Origin: Alteromonas sp.
GTDB taxonomy: Bacteria > Margulisbacteria > Marinamargulisbacteria > UBA6595
Assembly (NCBI GenBank): GCA_964220215.1
Contig: CAXPTH010000023.1
Location: 7,943 to 71,942 of the forward strand
Length of the DNA stretch: 64,000 nt
Direction: 5' to 3'
In this document: positions 28,196 to 39,315 of the stretch, one piece after another
Numbering within the stretch: position 1 is the first letter of the stretch
Layout of the letters: each line of letters opens with the position of its first letter
Notes under the pieces: model-generated
Seen by the model: only the letters and a program-made list of their open reading frames with translations
The model's database searches: none
What the model was told of the DNA's origin: nothing
Position numbers and translations under genes: made by a program

Positions 28196-28260
28196 GCGTA
28201 TCTCCTCACCTTAAAATTACTGCTATATATGTCTATCTTAAAATTAAAGACTGGTCTATT

Positions 28261-28289
28261 ATTATGACGAAAATTGTTGATTGCGTCAA
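28261..28289 (-). promoter_or_regulatory. Internal sigma70 promoter TTGACG-N17-CATAAT for the rpmJ-rpsM-rpsK-rpoA segment
   Basis: Near-consensus elements with a 17-nt spacer in the map-rpmJ gap. Confidence 0.65.
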
Positions 28290-28310
28290 CCCACAAATTA
28301 AAATTGGTGA

Positions 28311-29069
28311 TTACACAGCACATAATGTTAGAATTTGAGGGCCATCTGCAGTCACTAAAACCGTGTTTTCATAATGGGCTGACCAGGCCTGATCTTTGGT
28401 TCGAATGGTCCACTGATCCGCATCCGTCACCGTATCTGGGTTCCCAAGATTTAGCATGGGTTCAATGGCAATGGTCATTCCTTCTGCCAATAACGTATTG
28501 GATCGAGTGGTTCGTTGGTGGGGGATTAAAGGGTCTTCGTGCAAAGACTGCCCCACCCCATGGCTGCATAAGTTCTTGGCGGTTGTCAGTTGTCGATCGC
28601 GAGCAAATTTGAAAATTGCACACCCAATTCGATCGACTTTCTGACCAATTTGAATCACAGACATCGCATCAAAAAATGCAGCCTCAGTATCGTGAACCAA
28701 TTGGGCGACTGCGGTATCCACATCGCCAATACACCAAGTCCGTGCCGCATCAACATGATAGCCGTTGTAGCAAATACCAATATCAATACTACAAATGTCA
28801 CCGGGATACATAATTTTATCCGGATACGGAATACCGTGGACAATTTCATCATTTTTAGACACGCAAATTGTATTCGGAAACCCCTGATACCCCAAAAACG
28901 ACGGTATTCCCCCGTGATCTAAAATAAAGGTATGCGCCAATGAATCTAAATGAGCAGCGCTAACCCCTTCCACGCAGGCCTGCTGTAACTCTGTGTGCAA
29001 TTGAGCCAGCAGAGCCCCGCCGGCTTGCATGGCCGCAATGGCTTCGGGGGATTTAAGAACGATGCCCAC
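28311..29069 (-). CDS. map: Methionine aminopeptidase type I
   Basis: ICVSKNDEIVHGIP, DIG..YHVDAART, HGVG..LHEDP, IEPM, AHYENT; start approximate. Confidence 0.95.
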   Translation of the reverse strand: MGIVLKSPEAIAAMQAGGALLAQLHTELQQACVEGVSAAHLDSLAHTFILDHGGIPSFLGYQGFPNTICVSKNDEIVHGIPYPDKIMYPGDICSIDIGICYNGYHVDAARTWCIGDVDTAVAQLVHDTEAAFFDAMSVIQIGQKVDRIGCAIFKFARDRQLTTAKNLCSHGVGQSLHEDPLIPHQRTTRSNTLLAEGMTIAIEPMLNLGNPDTVTDADQWTIRTKDQAWSAHYENTVLVTADGPQILTLCAV

Positions 29070-29712
29070 AACCAAATGTCTCTTGAACCGTCTGAGTAAT
29101 TGAATCCAAGGGTCGACTGGTATCAATCACCACACATCGATCCGCATAGTAAGAGCGAAGAATGGCTGTTTGTTCGCAATAGGCTTGATACCGTTTGCGA
29201 ACCACATCCGCTTGATCATCATCTCGAACAATTAATGGATGCCCACAATCATCACACACATCCGCTTGTTTGGGTGGCACATACGCAACATGATAGGTGC
29301 GTGAACAATCGGAACAAATGCGTCGGCCATTAATTCGTTCCAAAACAAGATCCAACGATGCATCAAAATACAAGACGTGCTCAATGGAACGCCCCAATGA
29401 TGTTAATAATTGATCAAACTGCTCAGCTTGACCCACGGTTCGGGGAAACCCATCAAAAATGACGGCCCCGGATTCTTGACTCAATCCGGATAGCAAGGGC
29501 TCCACAATAGCGATGAGGAGTTCATCAGGTACCAACCCCCCAGATTCTACAACCGTTTGTATTTTTTTTCCTAACACGGTTGCTCGTTTGATTTCTTCTC
29601 GCAATAAATCACCGGTTGAAACAACCACACAATCCAAAGAATCCCGCAAGAGCTGGGCTTGGGTTCCTTTACCAGACCCCGGAGGTCCTAAAAACACATA
29701 GAGTTTCTTCAA
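29053..29712 (-). CDS. adk: Adenylate kinase (zinc-lid type)
   Basis: GPPGSGKGTQA, DGFPRT, CxxC...CxxC lid. Confidence 0.97.
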   Translation of the reverse strand: MKKLYVFLGPPGSGKGTQAQLLRDSLDCVVVSTGDLLREEIKRATVLGKKIQTVVESGGLVPDELLIAIVEPLLSGLSQESGAVIFDGFPRTVGQAEQFDQLLTSLGRSIEHVLYFDASLDLVLERINGRRICSDCSRTYHVAYVPPKQADVCDDCGHPLIVRDDDQADVVRKRYQAYCEQTAILRSYYADRCVVIDTSRPLDSITQTVQETFGCGHRS

Positions 29713-30971
29713 TTTAAAAATCCTTTGTACTGGTGATTCATAATATAAGTATCCACGTGCTTCACCAAATCCAACGCAACACCAACAATAATTAATAATG
29801 CAGTGCCGCCCAAACCGGCGAAGCTATTCACTCGCGTGATGTGGATACCCACAACGGGTACAATTGCAATTAAAGACAAAAACACCGCTCCAAAAAAGGT
29901 CAACCGAGTAATAATGCCCTCCAGATAATCGACTGTGGGCTTACCCGGACGAACCCCAATCACAAACCCGCCATGTTTTTTTAAGCTATCGGACAATTCA
30001 ACGGGATTAAACGTAATGGCCGTATAAAAATAAGTAAAAAAGAAAATTAAAATACAAAATAATGCATTGTACACAAACCCATCGTAGCGGTACCACGTCG
30101 ATACCATGGACTGAAACGCCTCATTGGGAATATAGCCCATAATCATAATTGGAAACTGAAGAACCGCCGAGGCGAAGATAATCGGCAAGACGCCACCTTG
30201 AATTAGCTTCAGCGGAATATACGTGCTTTGAGCCCCCATCATACGACGCCCAACCACTCGCTTGGCATATTGAACTGGTATATTGCGTTGGGCCTCTTGA
30301 ACAAATACAATACCGGCGATCACGGCAATTAATATTAAAATTAATGCCACGATTCCCACAACACTCCCCCCACCCTGAACAAACACAACCGTGTTTTTTA
30401 TATAAACCGGCATCTGTGCCACAATCCCAATAAAGATAATAAGCGAGGCCCCGTTACCAATTCCACGCTCGGTAATAAGCTCACCAAACCACATAACTAG
30501 CGTAGCCCCAGCGACTAAGCCAATCAACGCATAAACAAAAAATGTCACTGTTGATACATGCGCAAACAAAAATCCCTTAAACGTAACCGATACAACAATC
30601 GCCTGAACCAAGGCCAGCACTACGGCTAAATAACGCGTATATTGGGACACTTTCTTTCGCCCCACATCGCCTTCTTGAGCCAATTCTTTTAACGATGGCG
30701 AAACCACCGTCATCAACTGCATAATAATCGACGCATTAATAAACGGAATAATACCCAAGGCAAACAATGAAAACCGACTCAAGCCGCCACCTGAAAACAA
30801 ATTCACAAAGCCCAGCAGCCCCCCTTGATCAAACAGCGCCCGAACTTGGTTTAGATCAACACCTGGAATTGGAACGTAGCCACCCAAGCGGTACAAAAAC
30901 AAAATTAAACAAACAAATAAAAATCGTTTTCTAAGATCCGGTAGCGTAAACGCCAGAAGCAGTTTATTCAT
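29709..30971 (-). CDS. secY: Preprotein translocase SecY
   Basis: FALGIIPFINASII, GIGNGASLII, GVRPGKPT, GGTALLI. Confidence 0.98.
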   Translation of the reverse strand: MNKLLLAFTLPDLRKRFLFVCLILFLYRLGGYVPIPGVDLNQVRALFDQGGLLGFVNLFSGGGLSRFSLFALGIIPFINASIIMQLMTVVSPSLKELAQEGDVGRKKVSQYTRYLAVVLALVQAIVVSVTFKGFLFAHVSTVTFFVYALIGLVAGATLVMWFGELITERGIGNGASLIIFIGIVAQMPVYIKNTVVFVQGGGSVVGIVALILILIAVIAGIVFVQEAQRNIPVQYAKRVVGRRMMGAQSTYIPLKLIQGGVLPIIFASAVLQFPIMIMGYIPNEAFQSMVSTWYRYDGFVYNALFCILIFFFTYFYTAITFNPVELSDSLKKHGGFVIGVRPGKPTVDYLEGIITRLTFFGAVFLSLIAIVPVVGIHITRVNSFAGLGGTALLIIVGVALDLVKHVDTYIMNHQYKGFLN

Positions 30972-30977
30972 GAGTCA

Positions 30978-31436
30978 CTACAGCACGTGTGCAGTAGATC
31001 CAGACTCCGCTAATTTCTCAAGCGCTGATTTTGAAAATGCATGCGCATGCACGGTTATCACTTTTGACAAGGACCCATCACCCAATACTTTAACTCGCTC
31101 ATACTGCGCAATACCAAATTGAGTCATCAAAAATTCTTGATCCACACAATCATTGGCTTTACACCTGTTGTCTAAGTCTGACAAATTTAGAATTCGGTAC
31201 TCCACACGAAACCGATTTCGAAACCCTGCTTTTTTAGGCAATCGACGATACAAGGGGTTTTGACCACCCTCAAACCCACGCTTCCGGCTGTAACCGGATC
31301 GTGACTTCTGACCTTTGTGCCCACGGCCACATTCTCCACCGAAACCAGACGCATTGCCTCGACCAACACGCTTGCGTTTTTTAACAGACCCCGGAGCGGG
31401 GGCCAACTCTGTATGATTTTGACACTTATTGCTCAT
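30978..31436 (-). CDS. rplO: 50S ribosomal protein L15
   Basis: RVGRG, GRGHKGQKSRSG, FEGGQNPLYRRLPK. Confidence 0.96.
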   Translation of the reverse strand: MSNKCQNHTELAPAPGSVKKRKRVGRGNASGFGGECGRGHKGQKSRSGYSRKRGFEGGQNPLYRRLPKKAGFRNRFRVEYRILNLSDLDNRCKANDCVDQEFLMTQFGIAQYERVKVLGDGSLSKVITVHAHAFSKSALEKLAESGSTAHVL

Positions 31437-32004
31437 TTGTTTCTACCTCTAATTCAGTCTGTTTAACTGCCGTTCTTGTTTTCTTTTGGACATCAGAAAC
31501 GAAAAATTTAACACCTCTAAACGCACACTCTTCATCATAGTCGCGCAAACATTCCAGAGCCATGACCGTTGCCTTAGCTGCATTCATCGGATTGTTGGAC
31601 CCATGACACTTTGCCACCACATCGTTAACCCCCAACGCTTGTAAAACAACCCGAACAGACCCACCCGCAATAATACCCGTTCCGGGCTTCGCTGGGCGAA
31701 TAACAACCGTAGCACCACCAAACCGAGCTTGTACTTCATGGTTGACTGTTCGGTCAACACCTTTAATGGCAAACATATTTTTTTTGGCTTGGGCCAACGC
31801 GGTTTGAATCCCCAACGGAACCTCTTTGGATTTCCCTAAACCCAAACCGATTTTTCCATTTTTATCCCCCACCACGACAAACACACGAAACGACATTCGG
31901 CGTCCACCTTTTACAACTTTATTGACTCGGCTAATTTGAACAACTTCTTCAAAAAACTCTTTTGTTCCGTCTGATCCTCCGTCTCGAATTGCTGTACTGT
32001 TCAT
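31426..32004 (-). CDS. rpsE: 30S ribosomal protein S5
   Basis: [26 protein letters not shown]. Confidence 0.96.
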   Translation of the reverse strand: MNSTAIRDGGSDGTKEFFEEVVQISRVNKVVKGGRRMSFRVFVVVGDKNGKIGLGLGKSKEVPLGIQTALAQAKKNMFAIKGVDRTVNHEVQARFGGATVVIRPAKPGTGIIAGGSVRVVLQALGVNDVVAKCHGSNNPMNAAKATVMALECLRDYDEECAFRGVKFFVSDVQKKTRTAVKQTELEVETNEQ

Positions 32005-32016
32005 CTCGTTTATCTC

Positions 32017-32337
32017 CTAAAAATCCAGACCAGCGGATCGAGCAGCATCAGCTAGCGCTTTAATTCGCCCAGCGTATACCTGATTCCCACGGTCAAACAC
32101 AACACGCTTAATACCGCCCGCCAATGCACGCTCAGCCAAGGTCGTTCCAACCGCCTGAGCCGCTGCTATATTTTGGCCACCATCTTTCAGGGATGATGCT
32201 TGAATGATTGTATTTCCTACCGAATCATCAATAATTTGAGCAACAATATTTCGATTGCTTCGAAATACCGATAACCGCAACCGATCCGGGGTGGACTTTA
32301 TTTTTGTTCGCTTTTGTCGATAATATTTTCTAGACAT
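32017..32337 (-). CDS. rplR: 50S ribosomal protein L18
   Basis: [26 protein letters not shown]. Confidence 0.96.
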   Translation of the reverse strand: MSRKYYRQKRTKIKSTPDRLRLSVFRSNRNIVAQIIDDSVGNTIIQASSLKDGGQNIAAAQAVGTTLAERALAGGIKRVVFDRGNQVYAGRIKALADAARSAGLDF

Positions 32338-32355
32338 AATTTCAACCTACCTTAT

Positions 32356-32895
32356 TTATTTTACACTCTTACCGGGTTTTAATCGGGGTGGGCGTCGATC
32401 TGAATATCGCACACCTTTACCTTTATACGCATCGGGCTTTCTAAGCTTGAAAATATTAGCGGCAACCTGGCCCACTTCCTGGTTATTAATGCCACATACC
32501 GCAAATCGAGTGGGGGATTCCACTTCAATTGAAACACCTTCGGGTGTTGCAAACTCGATGGGGTGCGAGTACCCTAAATACAATCGGATGCCGGTGTTGA
32601 TTTTTTCGGTTTTATAGCCAACGCCAACCAGTTCCATATTAATTTTAAACCCATCAACAACCCCAGCGATCATATTTTTAATCAAAGACCAATACAGCCC
32701 CAGCTTAGGATTTGTTGATCCGTTCGAACTATTGACCCCAACCGTTTTAGCCTCAGCATCAACAGCCACTACCACGCTGGAATCAATCGCCTGGGTTAAC
32801 TCACCTTTTGGCCCCTTCACTGCAACAGCACCATCGACAACAGTGATTGTTACGGAATCGGGATAGTTCAATAATCGTTTTGCTAATCGTGACAT
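32356..32895 (-). CDS. rplF: 50S ribosomal protein L6
   Basis: VKGPKGEL, GVGYK, LGYSHP, PDAYKGKG. Confidence 0.96.
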   Translation of the reverse strand: MSRLAKRLLNYPDSVTITVVDGAVAVKGPKGELTQAIDSSVVVAVDAEAKTVGVNSSNGSTNPKLGLYWSLIKNMIAGVVDGFKINMELVGVGYKTEKINTGIRLYLGYSHPIEFATPEGVSIEVESPTRFAVCGINNQEVGQVAANIFKLRKPDAYKGKGVRYSDRRPPRLKPGKSVK

Positions 32896-32907
32896 ACCAT
32901 AACCCTC

Positions 32908-33306
32908 CTAATGAACCGAACCAATGAGCTCGCCGCCAACTTTCGCCAGACGTGCCGCCTTACCACTCAACACCCCTTTACTGGTTGACAAGAACACAAG
33001 CCCAAACCCACTGTTTAACTTGGGAATCTGGGTACATGCGACATACACCCGCTTACTGGATTTGCTAATTCGCTTTAAAGCACGAATGGCTGGGCTTTTG
33101 TCATCCCGGTATTTTAATACAACAGCCAGGGAGCGCTTATTGGATGCATCACCCACCACTGAATAGGACTCAACAAAGCCCTCTTGGACTAAAATTTTAC
33201 ATAACGACTCTTTCAAGTTGGAATGCGGAATCAGCACCTCTGCATGCTTTACCATGAGGGCATTTCGAATCCGTGTAAACATATCTGCAATTGGATCACA
33301 AACCAT
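32908..33306 (-). CDS. rpsH: 30S ribosomal protein S8
   Basis: DPIADMFTRIRNA, STSKGV, VGGE. Confidence 0.97.
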   Translation of the reverse strand: MVCDPIADMFTRIRNALMVKHAEVLIPHSNLKESLCKILVQEGFVESYSVVGDASNKRSLAVVLKYRDDKSPAIRALKRISKSSKRVYVACTQIPKLNSGFGLVFLSTSKGVLSGKAARLAKVGGELIGSVH

Positions 33307-33318
33307 AACTAATCTCTC

Positions 33319-33501
33319 CTACCAAGACGATTTCGTTACACCGGGCAGCATGCCTGAAGCTGCCAATGAACGAAAACATAACCGACAAATTCCAAAAAAA
33401 CGCATATACCCTCGAGGCCGACCACAGACTGAACATCGGTTCCGATGTTGAACAGTACCTTCTTTGCGCTTATTGTTTATTTTTTTTGATGTTTTAGCCA
33501 T
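33319..33501 (-). CDS. rpsN: 30S ribosomal protein S14 (zinc-binding type Z)
   Basis: [23 protein letters not shown]. Confidence 0.96.
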   Translation of the reverse strand: MAKTSKKINNKRKEGTVQHRNRCSVCGRPRGYMRFFGICRLCFRSLAASGMLPGVTKSSW

Positions 33502-33518
33502 TCTATACTCTCCAGACC

Positions 33519-34109
33519 TTACGCAAGCTTGCGCTTACCACCAACTCGAAACGGCATGCCGTAACATTTCAATAAATCCATTGCCTCATCATCCGTCTTG
33601 GCTGATGTCACAATTGTGATGTCCAAACCACGTTCACGATCTGTTTCACGATTCGCTTCTGGAAATACTGACGTATCCGTCAAACCCAAATTATAGTTTC
33701 CAGAGCCATCAAACGCACGGGGAGAAACACCTCGGAAATCACGAATTTTTGGCAAAGCTAAGTGAATTAACTTTATCAAAAACAACTTCGCTTTTTTTCC
33801 TCTCAATGTCACTTTCACGCCATTAATTTGACCTTCTCTTAGTTTGAAGTTTGATATTGATTTTTTCGCTGTTGTTAAAACCGGCTTTTGAGCAGCTATT
33901 TCGGCCAACTGATCCATTGAAATATCAATACACTTGGTATTTACAATTGCTTCGCCAAGTCCCCGGTGCAATATGATTTTCACAATGTCTGGAACCTGCA
34001 TAACATTATCGTATTGATATTTCTCAGACAATTCTTTAAATGCACGCTCTGAGAAATCTTGAACGATATGCTTCTTTTTTTCTTTTGATGTTGCTTTACT
34101 ATTTGCCAA
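33519..34109 (-). CDS. rplE: 50S ribosomal protein L5
   Basis: [35 protein letters not shown]; TTG start at 34109 after GAGG. Confidence 0.96.
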   Translation of the reverse strand: MANSKATSKEKKKHIVQDFSERAFKELSEKYQYDNVMQVPDIVKIILHRGLGEAIVNTKCIDISMDQLAEIAAQKPVLTTAKKSISNFKLREGQINGVKVTLRGKKAKLFLIKLIHLALPKIRDFRGVSPRAFDGSGNYNLGLTDTSVFPEANRETDRERGLDITIVTSAKTDDEAMDLLKCYGMPFRVGGKRKLA

Positions 34110-34416
34110 TTTCCTCTCCCGTACGAACACTTACACGAACTTTTGAACCATCCGCTAACGATTGAACCCGAACCCGAGTTCCTTTTCCGTCTTTTGGATC
34201 AACAATCATAACATTGGACCAGCTGATTGGCGTTTCAATATCAAAAATACCCCCCTCCGGATTTTCTTGACTGCGCTTTACACATTTCTTGCGAATTGAG
34301 ACACCCTTAACCGTTACCTTTTTTTTGGCAAGATCCACAGACAGAATCTCACCAACTGTGCCTTTGTCTTTGCCTGAAACAACTATAACCTGATCACCTT
34401 TTTTAAACTTATTCAT
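34099..34416 (-). CDS. rplX: 50S ribosomal protein L24
   Basis: KKGDQVIVVSGKDKG, SNVM. Confidence 0.95.
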   Translation of the reverse strand: MNKFKKGDQVIVVSGKDKGTVGEILSVDLAKKKVTVKGVSIRKKCVKRSQENPEGGIFDIETPISWSNVMIVDPKDGKGTRVRVQSLADGSKVRVSVRTGEEIGK

Positions 34417-34426
34417 ATCAAACCTC

Positions 34427-34798
34427 TTATAAGACCTCTGGTGCCAAGGACGAAATTTTAGAGTATCCGCCATCCCGAACTTCCCGAGCAATTGGGCCAA
34501 ACACACGTGTCGCCAAAGGCTCTTGGTCTTTACCGCTCAACAATACAACGGCATTGTCATCAAAGGTGATATTGCTGCCGTCTCGACGACGCTTTTTTGA
34601 TACCGTTCGAACAACAACGGCCTTATGAATTTCACTTTTTTTCACCTGACCAGATGAACTTGCCTTTTTAACAACCACAATAATCATATCGCCAACATAC
34701 GCATATCGACGGCGGGTACCACCCAATATTTTAATGCAAAGCACTTCCTTTGCCCCGGAGTTATCCGCAACTTGCAACCGAGTTTCTTGTTGTATCAT
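34427..34798 (-). CDS. rplN: 50S ribosomal protein L14
   Basis: [24 protein letters not shown]. Confidence 0.97.
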   Translation of the reverse strand: MIQQETRLQVADNSGAKEVLCIKILGGTRRRYAYVGDMIIVVVKKASSSGQVKKSEIHKAVVVRTVSKKRRRDGSNITFDDNAVVLLSGKDQEPLATRVFGPIAREVRDGGYSKISSLAPEVL

Positions 34799-35049
34799 GA
34801 TACAACCTCAGCCGCTTTTTTAGACACGACTCGCCATCGCTTTCGTTTACTTAGCGGACGACACTCTGTGATCACAACATCGTCTCCGACAGAAATTGTA
34901 TCATCAACACAATGAACCAAATACTTTTTTGAATACCGAACAACTTTTTGGTATACCGGGTGTGGACGACGTGTTTCTACAACAACGGAGAGCGTTTTTT
35001 CACCCGAAACACTCACAACTTTTCCAACTTTTGTTTTCTTTAATCCCAT
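34795..35049 (-). CDS. rpsQ: 30S ribosomal protein S17
   Basis: [22 protein letters not shown]. Confidence 0.96.
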   Translation of the reverse strand: MGLKKTKVGKVVSVSGEKTLSVVVETRRPHPVYQKVVRYSKKYLVHCVDDTISVGDDVVITECRPLSKRKRWRVVSKKAAEVVS

Positions 35050-35051
35050 AA

Positions 35052-35216
35052 TTACATCCTATCGTTTATACGGGACTGAGTCAACAACTGAGCAATAGCA
35101 ACCCGTTTCTTTTTCAACACCGAAGAGTCTTTCAAGTCACCCCGATAAAACTGAGTAAACAATGCATCCAACTCTTGCTTCAAAACACCAATTTTTTCAT
35201 TTACATCAGGCGACAT
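35052..35216 (-). CDS. rpmC: 50S ribosomal protein L29 (short, divergent)
   Basis: Hand translation [46 protein letters not shown]... at the syntenic position between rplP and rpsQ. Confidence 0.8.
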   Translation of the reverse strand: MSPDVNEKIGVLKQELDALFTQFYRGDLKDSSVLKKKRVAIAQLLTQSRINDRM

Positions 35217-35631
35217 AGACAGACTCCTTTTGTTTGAACTTCAATTTCTTGAGCGGCAACTTAAAACCAGCCAACTGAAACGCACGACGTGCCACTTCTT
35301 CAGAGACACCCGCCAACTCAAACAAAATTTTTCCGCGTTTCACAGGAGCTGCCCAGTACTTCAAGTCACCTTTTCCTTTACCCATTCGCGTCTCTGCTGG
35401 CAATTCACTAATTGGCTTGTCTGGGAAAATACGGATCCAAACTTTACCACCCCGTTTGATGTATCGGGTAATCACACGCCGTGCCGCTTCAATTTGACGA
35501 TCGGTCACAAACCCACCTTCAAGCGCTTGCAAACCATAATCACCAAATGACACGGCAGTGCCATTCCCCGCTAAACCGCGAAGCCTTCCGCGCTGCTTTT
35601 TTCTGTATTTTGTTTTTTTAGGTAATAACAT
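35206..35631 (-). CDS. rplP: 50S ribosomal protein L16
   Basis: [30 protein letters not shown]. Confidence 0.97.
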   Translation of the reverse strand: MLLPKKTKYRKKQRGRLRGLAGNGTAVSFGDYGLQALEGGFVTDRQIEAARRVITRYIKRGGKVWIRIFPDKPISELPAETRMGKGKGDLKYWAAPVKRGKILFELAGVSEEVARRAFQLAGFKLPLKKLKFKQKESVYVA

Positions 35632-35642
35632 CCACGATCTCC

Positions 35643-36311
35643 TTACTCTTGCTCACTCATTATTACCGGCAATGTTTCGGATTTCGTATTGGACACTTCA
35701 CCAGTAAAGACCCACACTTTAACACCAATAATGCCGTAGGTTGTATGCGCTTCACAGGTTGCATACTTGATTTTAGCTCGAAATGTATGCAATGGCACAC
35801 GCCCTTCTCGATACCATTCTCGTCGAGCAATTTCAGCCCCAGCCAATCGACCGGAACATTCCACACGGATACCTTCAGCTCCGGATTTCATCGCACGCTG
35901 CACCACCGATTTCATGGCACGTCGAAAGTGAAACCGCTTTTCCAACTGAGCGGCTAATGTTTCAGCGATTAATTGAGCACTAGTTTCAATGCTTTTTTCT
36001 TCTTTAATATTAATGTTAACATCGCATTGCAATTTATCTCGAAGATCTTGACGCAAAATTGCAATGTCCCCGCCACCTTTACCAATAATTAAACCGGGAC
36101 GAGAGGCATAAACCTCAATATTAACATGACCCGACTTGCGTAAAATTCGAACAGAGGAAATCCCGGCCCCTTTCAATTTTTGTTTAATATGCCGTCGAAT
36201 TTCTAAATCCTGAATTAAATAGTTTGCATACTGATCTTTTGCAAACCATACACTACTGGATTCCTCAACAATACCCAATCGAAGGGCTGTTGGATTTGAT
36301 TTTTGGCCCAT
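35643..36311 (-). CDS. rpsC: 30S ribosomal protein S3
   Basis: [24 protein letters not shown]. Confidence 0.97.
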   Translation of the reverse strand: MGQKSNPTALRLGIVEESSSVWFAKDQYANYLIQDLEIRRHIKQKLKGAGISSVRILRKSGHVNIEVYASRPGLIIGKGGGDIAILRQDLRDKLQCDVNINIKEEKSIETSAQLIAETLAAQLEKRFHFRRAMKSVVQRAMKSGAEGIRVECSGRLAGAEIARREWYREGRVPLHTFRAKIKYATCEAHTTYGIIGVKVWVFTGEVSNTKSETLPVIMSEQE

Positions 36312-36676
36312 TACACTTCACCTCCTGGAACGACAACACGCACATCAATGTGAGACGATCGCTTTAAAATTTGACACATCCGCCCCTTTGCCCGCGGCCG
36401 ATACCGCTTCATCACTGGCGCTTCATTCACCATAATAACAGCCACTTGCGCAGCCGAAGAATCAACACTGTCTGACACCTGTGTAACATTGGCATACGCT
36501 GAACGAATCACTTTTGCCAATAAAAATGCGCCTTTGTGGGGCAAGTTGTCTAAAATACCCAATGCAACATGCACCGACTTGCCTCGCACCAAATTGGCAA
36601 TGCGACGCACTTTAAATGGAGACACGCGAACATACTTAGCGATGGCGCGTTTTTGAATACCGCTTTCAACTGTCAT
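36311..36676 (-). CDS. rplV: 50S ribosomal protein L22
   Basis: RVSPFKVR, KRYRPRAKGR..ILKRSSHI. Confidence 0.96.
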   Translation of the reverse strand: MTVESGIQKRAIAKYVRVSPFKVRRIANLVRGKSVHVALGILDNLPHKGAFLLAKVIRSAYANVTQVSDSVDSSAAQVAVIMVNEAPVMKRYRPRAKGRMCQILKRSSHIDVRVVVPGGEV

Positions 36677-36939
36677 TATTTCTGCCCCGCATGTGCTTTA
36701 AATGTTCGCGTAAACGCAAACTCGCCCAACTTACAACCCACTTTGTCTTCGGATATATGGACCGGGATATGCTTTTTGCCATTATGAACACCAATGGTCA
36801 ATCCAACCATTTCTGGAATTACCATAGAACCCCGAGACCACGTAACAATAATGCTTGAATTCCCAGATTCTTTTGCCGCTAAAACTTTCTTTAACAATGA
36901 CGCCTCAACAAAGGGGCCTTTTTTTAATGACCTAGCCAT
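36676..36939 (-). CDS. rpsS: 30S ribosomal protein S19
   Basis: [22 protein letters not shown]. Confidence 0.97.
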   Translation of the reverse strand: MARSLKKGPFVEASLLKKVLAAKESGNSSIIVTWSRGSMVIPEMVGLTIGVHNGKKHIPVHISEDKVGCKLGEFAFTRTFKAHAGQK

Positions 36940-36955
36940 ACCTTCCTACTCCTAC

Positions 36956-37774
36956 CTATTTTCTCACTCTAACAATTAGCGCATTGGACTGCTTATTCTT
37001 TTTTCGCGTCTTCTTAAACACAGACTTGCCCCACTTTGTTCGGGGTCCAGCAGCACCCACTGGGGCCTTGCCTTCTCCACCACCATGGGGGTGATCACAC
37101 GCATTCATTGCAGCACCCCGGACAACCGGACGACGACCACGCCAACGATTCGCGCCTGCTTTTCCAATTTTTTTGTTTCGATTATCTGAATTGCCAACCT
37201 GACCAATAACCGCATAACAATTCACATGAACTTTACGCACTTCACCCGATGGCAATTTAATCATGGCGTAATTTCCATACTTCGACAACAAGGTCGCAGA
37301 AGCCCCCGCAGAACGCACCAACTTAGCACCACCACCAATGTTGATTTCAACATTGTGAATATCCGCACCGGTTGGAATCATGTGCAGTGGCAATGCATTA
37401 CCCGGACGAACCTCTGCTTTTTCACCGGATACGATCACATCACCAACTTTGGATTTGCTTGGCGCTAAAATGTAGCCTTTGGCTCCGTTTTCATAAACAA
37501 CAAGGGCTATGGCAGCCGTCCGGTTTGGATCATACTCAAACCGAACAATGCGCCCTGGAACTGTTGGGAATTTTGAAAATGTAATCTGACGATACTGACG
37601 CCGAGAACCGCCGCCACGATGCCGAACGGTAATTCTACCGGTATTGTTTCGACCGGACTTCTTTTTTAACGGCTTAAGCAAAGAGGCCTCTGCTGGACCC
37701 CGATACCCGTCATGAACTAGAACTTCTCGCTGACGAAGACCGTTGGATGTTGATTTATATTTTTTTGTTGCCAT
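36956..37774 (-). CDS. rplB: 50S ribosomal protein L2
   Basis: GRITVRHRGGG, EYDPNR, DHPHGGGEG. Confidence 0.98.
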   Translation of the reverse strand: MATKKYKSTSNGLRQREVLVHDGYRGPAEASLLKPLKKKSGRNNTGRITVRHRGGGSRRQYRQITFSKFPTVPGRIVRFEYDPNRTAAIALVVYENGAKGYILAPSKSKVGDVIVSGEKAEVRPGNALPLHMIPTGADIHNVEINIGGGAKLVRSAGASATLLSKYGNYAMIKLPSGEVRKVHVNCYAVIGQVGNSDNRNKKIGKAGANRWRGRRPVVRGAAMNACDHPHGGGEGKAPVGAAGPRTKWGKSVFKKTRKKNKQSNALIVRVRK

Positions 37775-37788
37775 GATTTATACCCTAC

Positions 37789-38073
37789 CTACACCAATGC
37801 CTTTAACTTCTCAAAACTGGCTGAATCACGAACAGTCACCACTATTTTTTGACGCTCTTTGGTAAACCCAACTACACGTCCGCGCCGTCGCTGCTTGGAC
37901 TCTTTAACCAATGTATGCACAGCATCAACACGAACATCATGCACTTCAGAAAAATATTGCTTCCATTGAATTTTATTCAACTTAGACCCCAAATTTAAAA
38001 ATACAATTTTATTTTGAGATACCAAATCATTGGTTTTTTCGGATAAATAAGGTTTTAATCGAACATCAAACAC
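37789..38073 (-). CDS. rplW: 50S ribosomal protein L23 (divergent)
   Basis: P.LSEKT, NKIQ, synteny between rplD and rplB. Confidence 0.85.
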   Translation of the reverse strand: MFDVRLKPYLSEKTNDLVSQNKIVFLNLGSKLNKIQWKQYFSEVHDVRVDAVHTLVKESKQRRRGRVVGFTKERQKIVVTVRDSASFEKLKALV

Positions 38074-38674
38074 AGTACAACTCCTGAAATTTTGCTAACT
38101 GATCACGAAACACAACAATTGAGTCCGCACGCAAGACGGATTCAATTGCAATATCCGCAAGCAAACAAACATCAACATTGGCATAGTTAAAAAACGATAA
38201 CGGACGATCCAAACTATCGACAAGAAATAAAAACCGATTATCACCACCAAACAGCCCACGCCACTCTTTGGCTTTCATCGATTCTGGCGATGGCGCATCC
38301 AACACAACCAACTTGTCTGAATTTAGAGCTAAAGCTGAAACAATCCCCAACTTCGCAATTTTTTTAGGTAAATCCGTACTCAGATCCCGGGTGACGCGAC
38401 CAAACGCCTTTCCGCCGCCGACCATCAACGGGGATCGAGATCCCCCTTTTCGAGCACGCCCGGTTCCTTTTTGGCGATACATTTTTTTACCGCCACCACG
38501 AACATCTTTACGACTTTTAAATGTGCCAGTTCCACTGCGCTCTCGCTTGCGCTGATGCTGATACATTAAATAGACCAAATGCTCATTGGCATGGTGGTCG
38601 CTCAATGGAAAGGAAACAGATTCCTGACCAACCGAATCCCCAGAAAAATTCAAAACATTAATTGAAACACTCAT
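38066..38674 (-). CDS. rplD: 50S ribosomal protein L4
   Basis: VRGGGKKMYRQKGTGRAR..SP..GGG. Confidence 0.93.
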   Translation of the reverse strand: MSVSINVLNFSGDSVGQESVSFPLSDHHANEHLVYLMYQHQRKRERSGTGTFKSRKDVRGGGKKMYRQKGTGRARKGGSRSPLMVGGGKAFGRVTRDLSTDLPKKIAKLGIVSALALNSDKLVVLDAPSPESMKAKEWRGLFGGDNRFLFLVDSLDRPLSFFNYANVDVCLLADIAIESVLRADSIVVFRDQLAKFQELYCV

Positions 38675-39315
38675 GATCCAACTCCAACTACCACGACGCC
38701 GCCTTCAGCACCGGGAACCCCGCCCGCTACAAACAACAAGCCCTTTTCTTCATCCACACGAACAACTCGGAGCCCTTGGACGGTCACCATCGTATTGCCA
38801 TACTGACCCGCCATTTTTTTTCCTTTCAAAACTCGACCTGGGGTTGTTCCACCACCAATCGATCCCGTAATTCGATGGCTTTTTGAACCATGGGATTCTG
38901 GACCACGTCGAAAATTCCAGCGTCGAATCGTTCCTGAAAAACCACGACCTTTTGATTTACTTCGAACAAATACCCGATCATCGGACTCAAATTGCGTGAG
39001 GGACAGCGACTCGCCAACTGTCAACGCTGTGTCCGAGGACTGATCCAACAAGAATTCCGCCAACCACTTATAGACATCGAGCGATTTCTTTTTAAACTGA
39101 CCCATATGCGCTTTGGTGCATCGCGACAAGCGCGGGGTCCCATATCCCAACAAAATCCGCTTCGGCTCGTTCTCTTTCGCCTCCGAAGCATCCACCACAA
39201 CCGATGGAAGGGCTTTCAATGCTGTCACAGAAATGACATCACCACTGTCTTCCATAATAAGCTGGGTCATCCCTACCTTTTCAAATATTCCTAATTTTTT
39301 TAGTATTTTTTTCAT
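38671..39315 (-). CDS. rplC: 50S ribosomal protein L3
   Basis: KVGMTQ, SKGRGFSG, HGS..HR..GSIG, PGRVLKGKKMAG. Confidence 0.96.
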   Translation of the reverse strand: MKKILKKLGIFEKVGMTQLIMEDSGDVISVTALKALPSVVVDASEAKENEPKRILLGYGTPRLSRCTKAHMGQFKKKSLDVYKWLAEFLLDQSSDTALTVGESLSLTQFESDDRVFVRSKSKGRGFSGTIRRWNFRRGPESHGSKSHRITGSIGGGTTPGRVLKGKKMAGQYGNTMVTVQGLRVVRVDEEKGLLFVAGGVPGAEGGVVVVGVGS

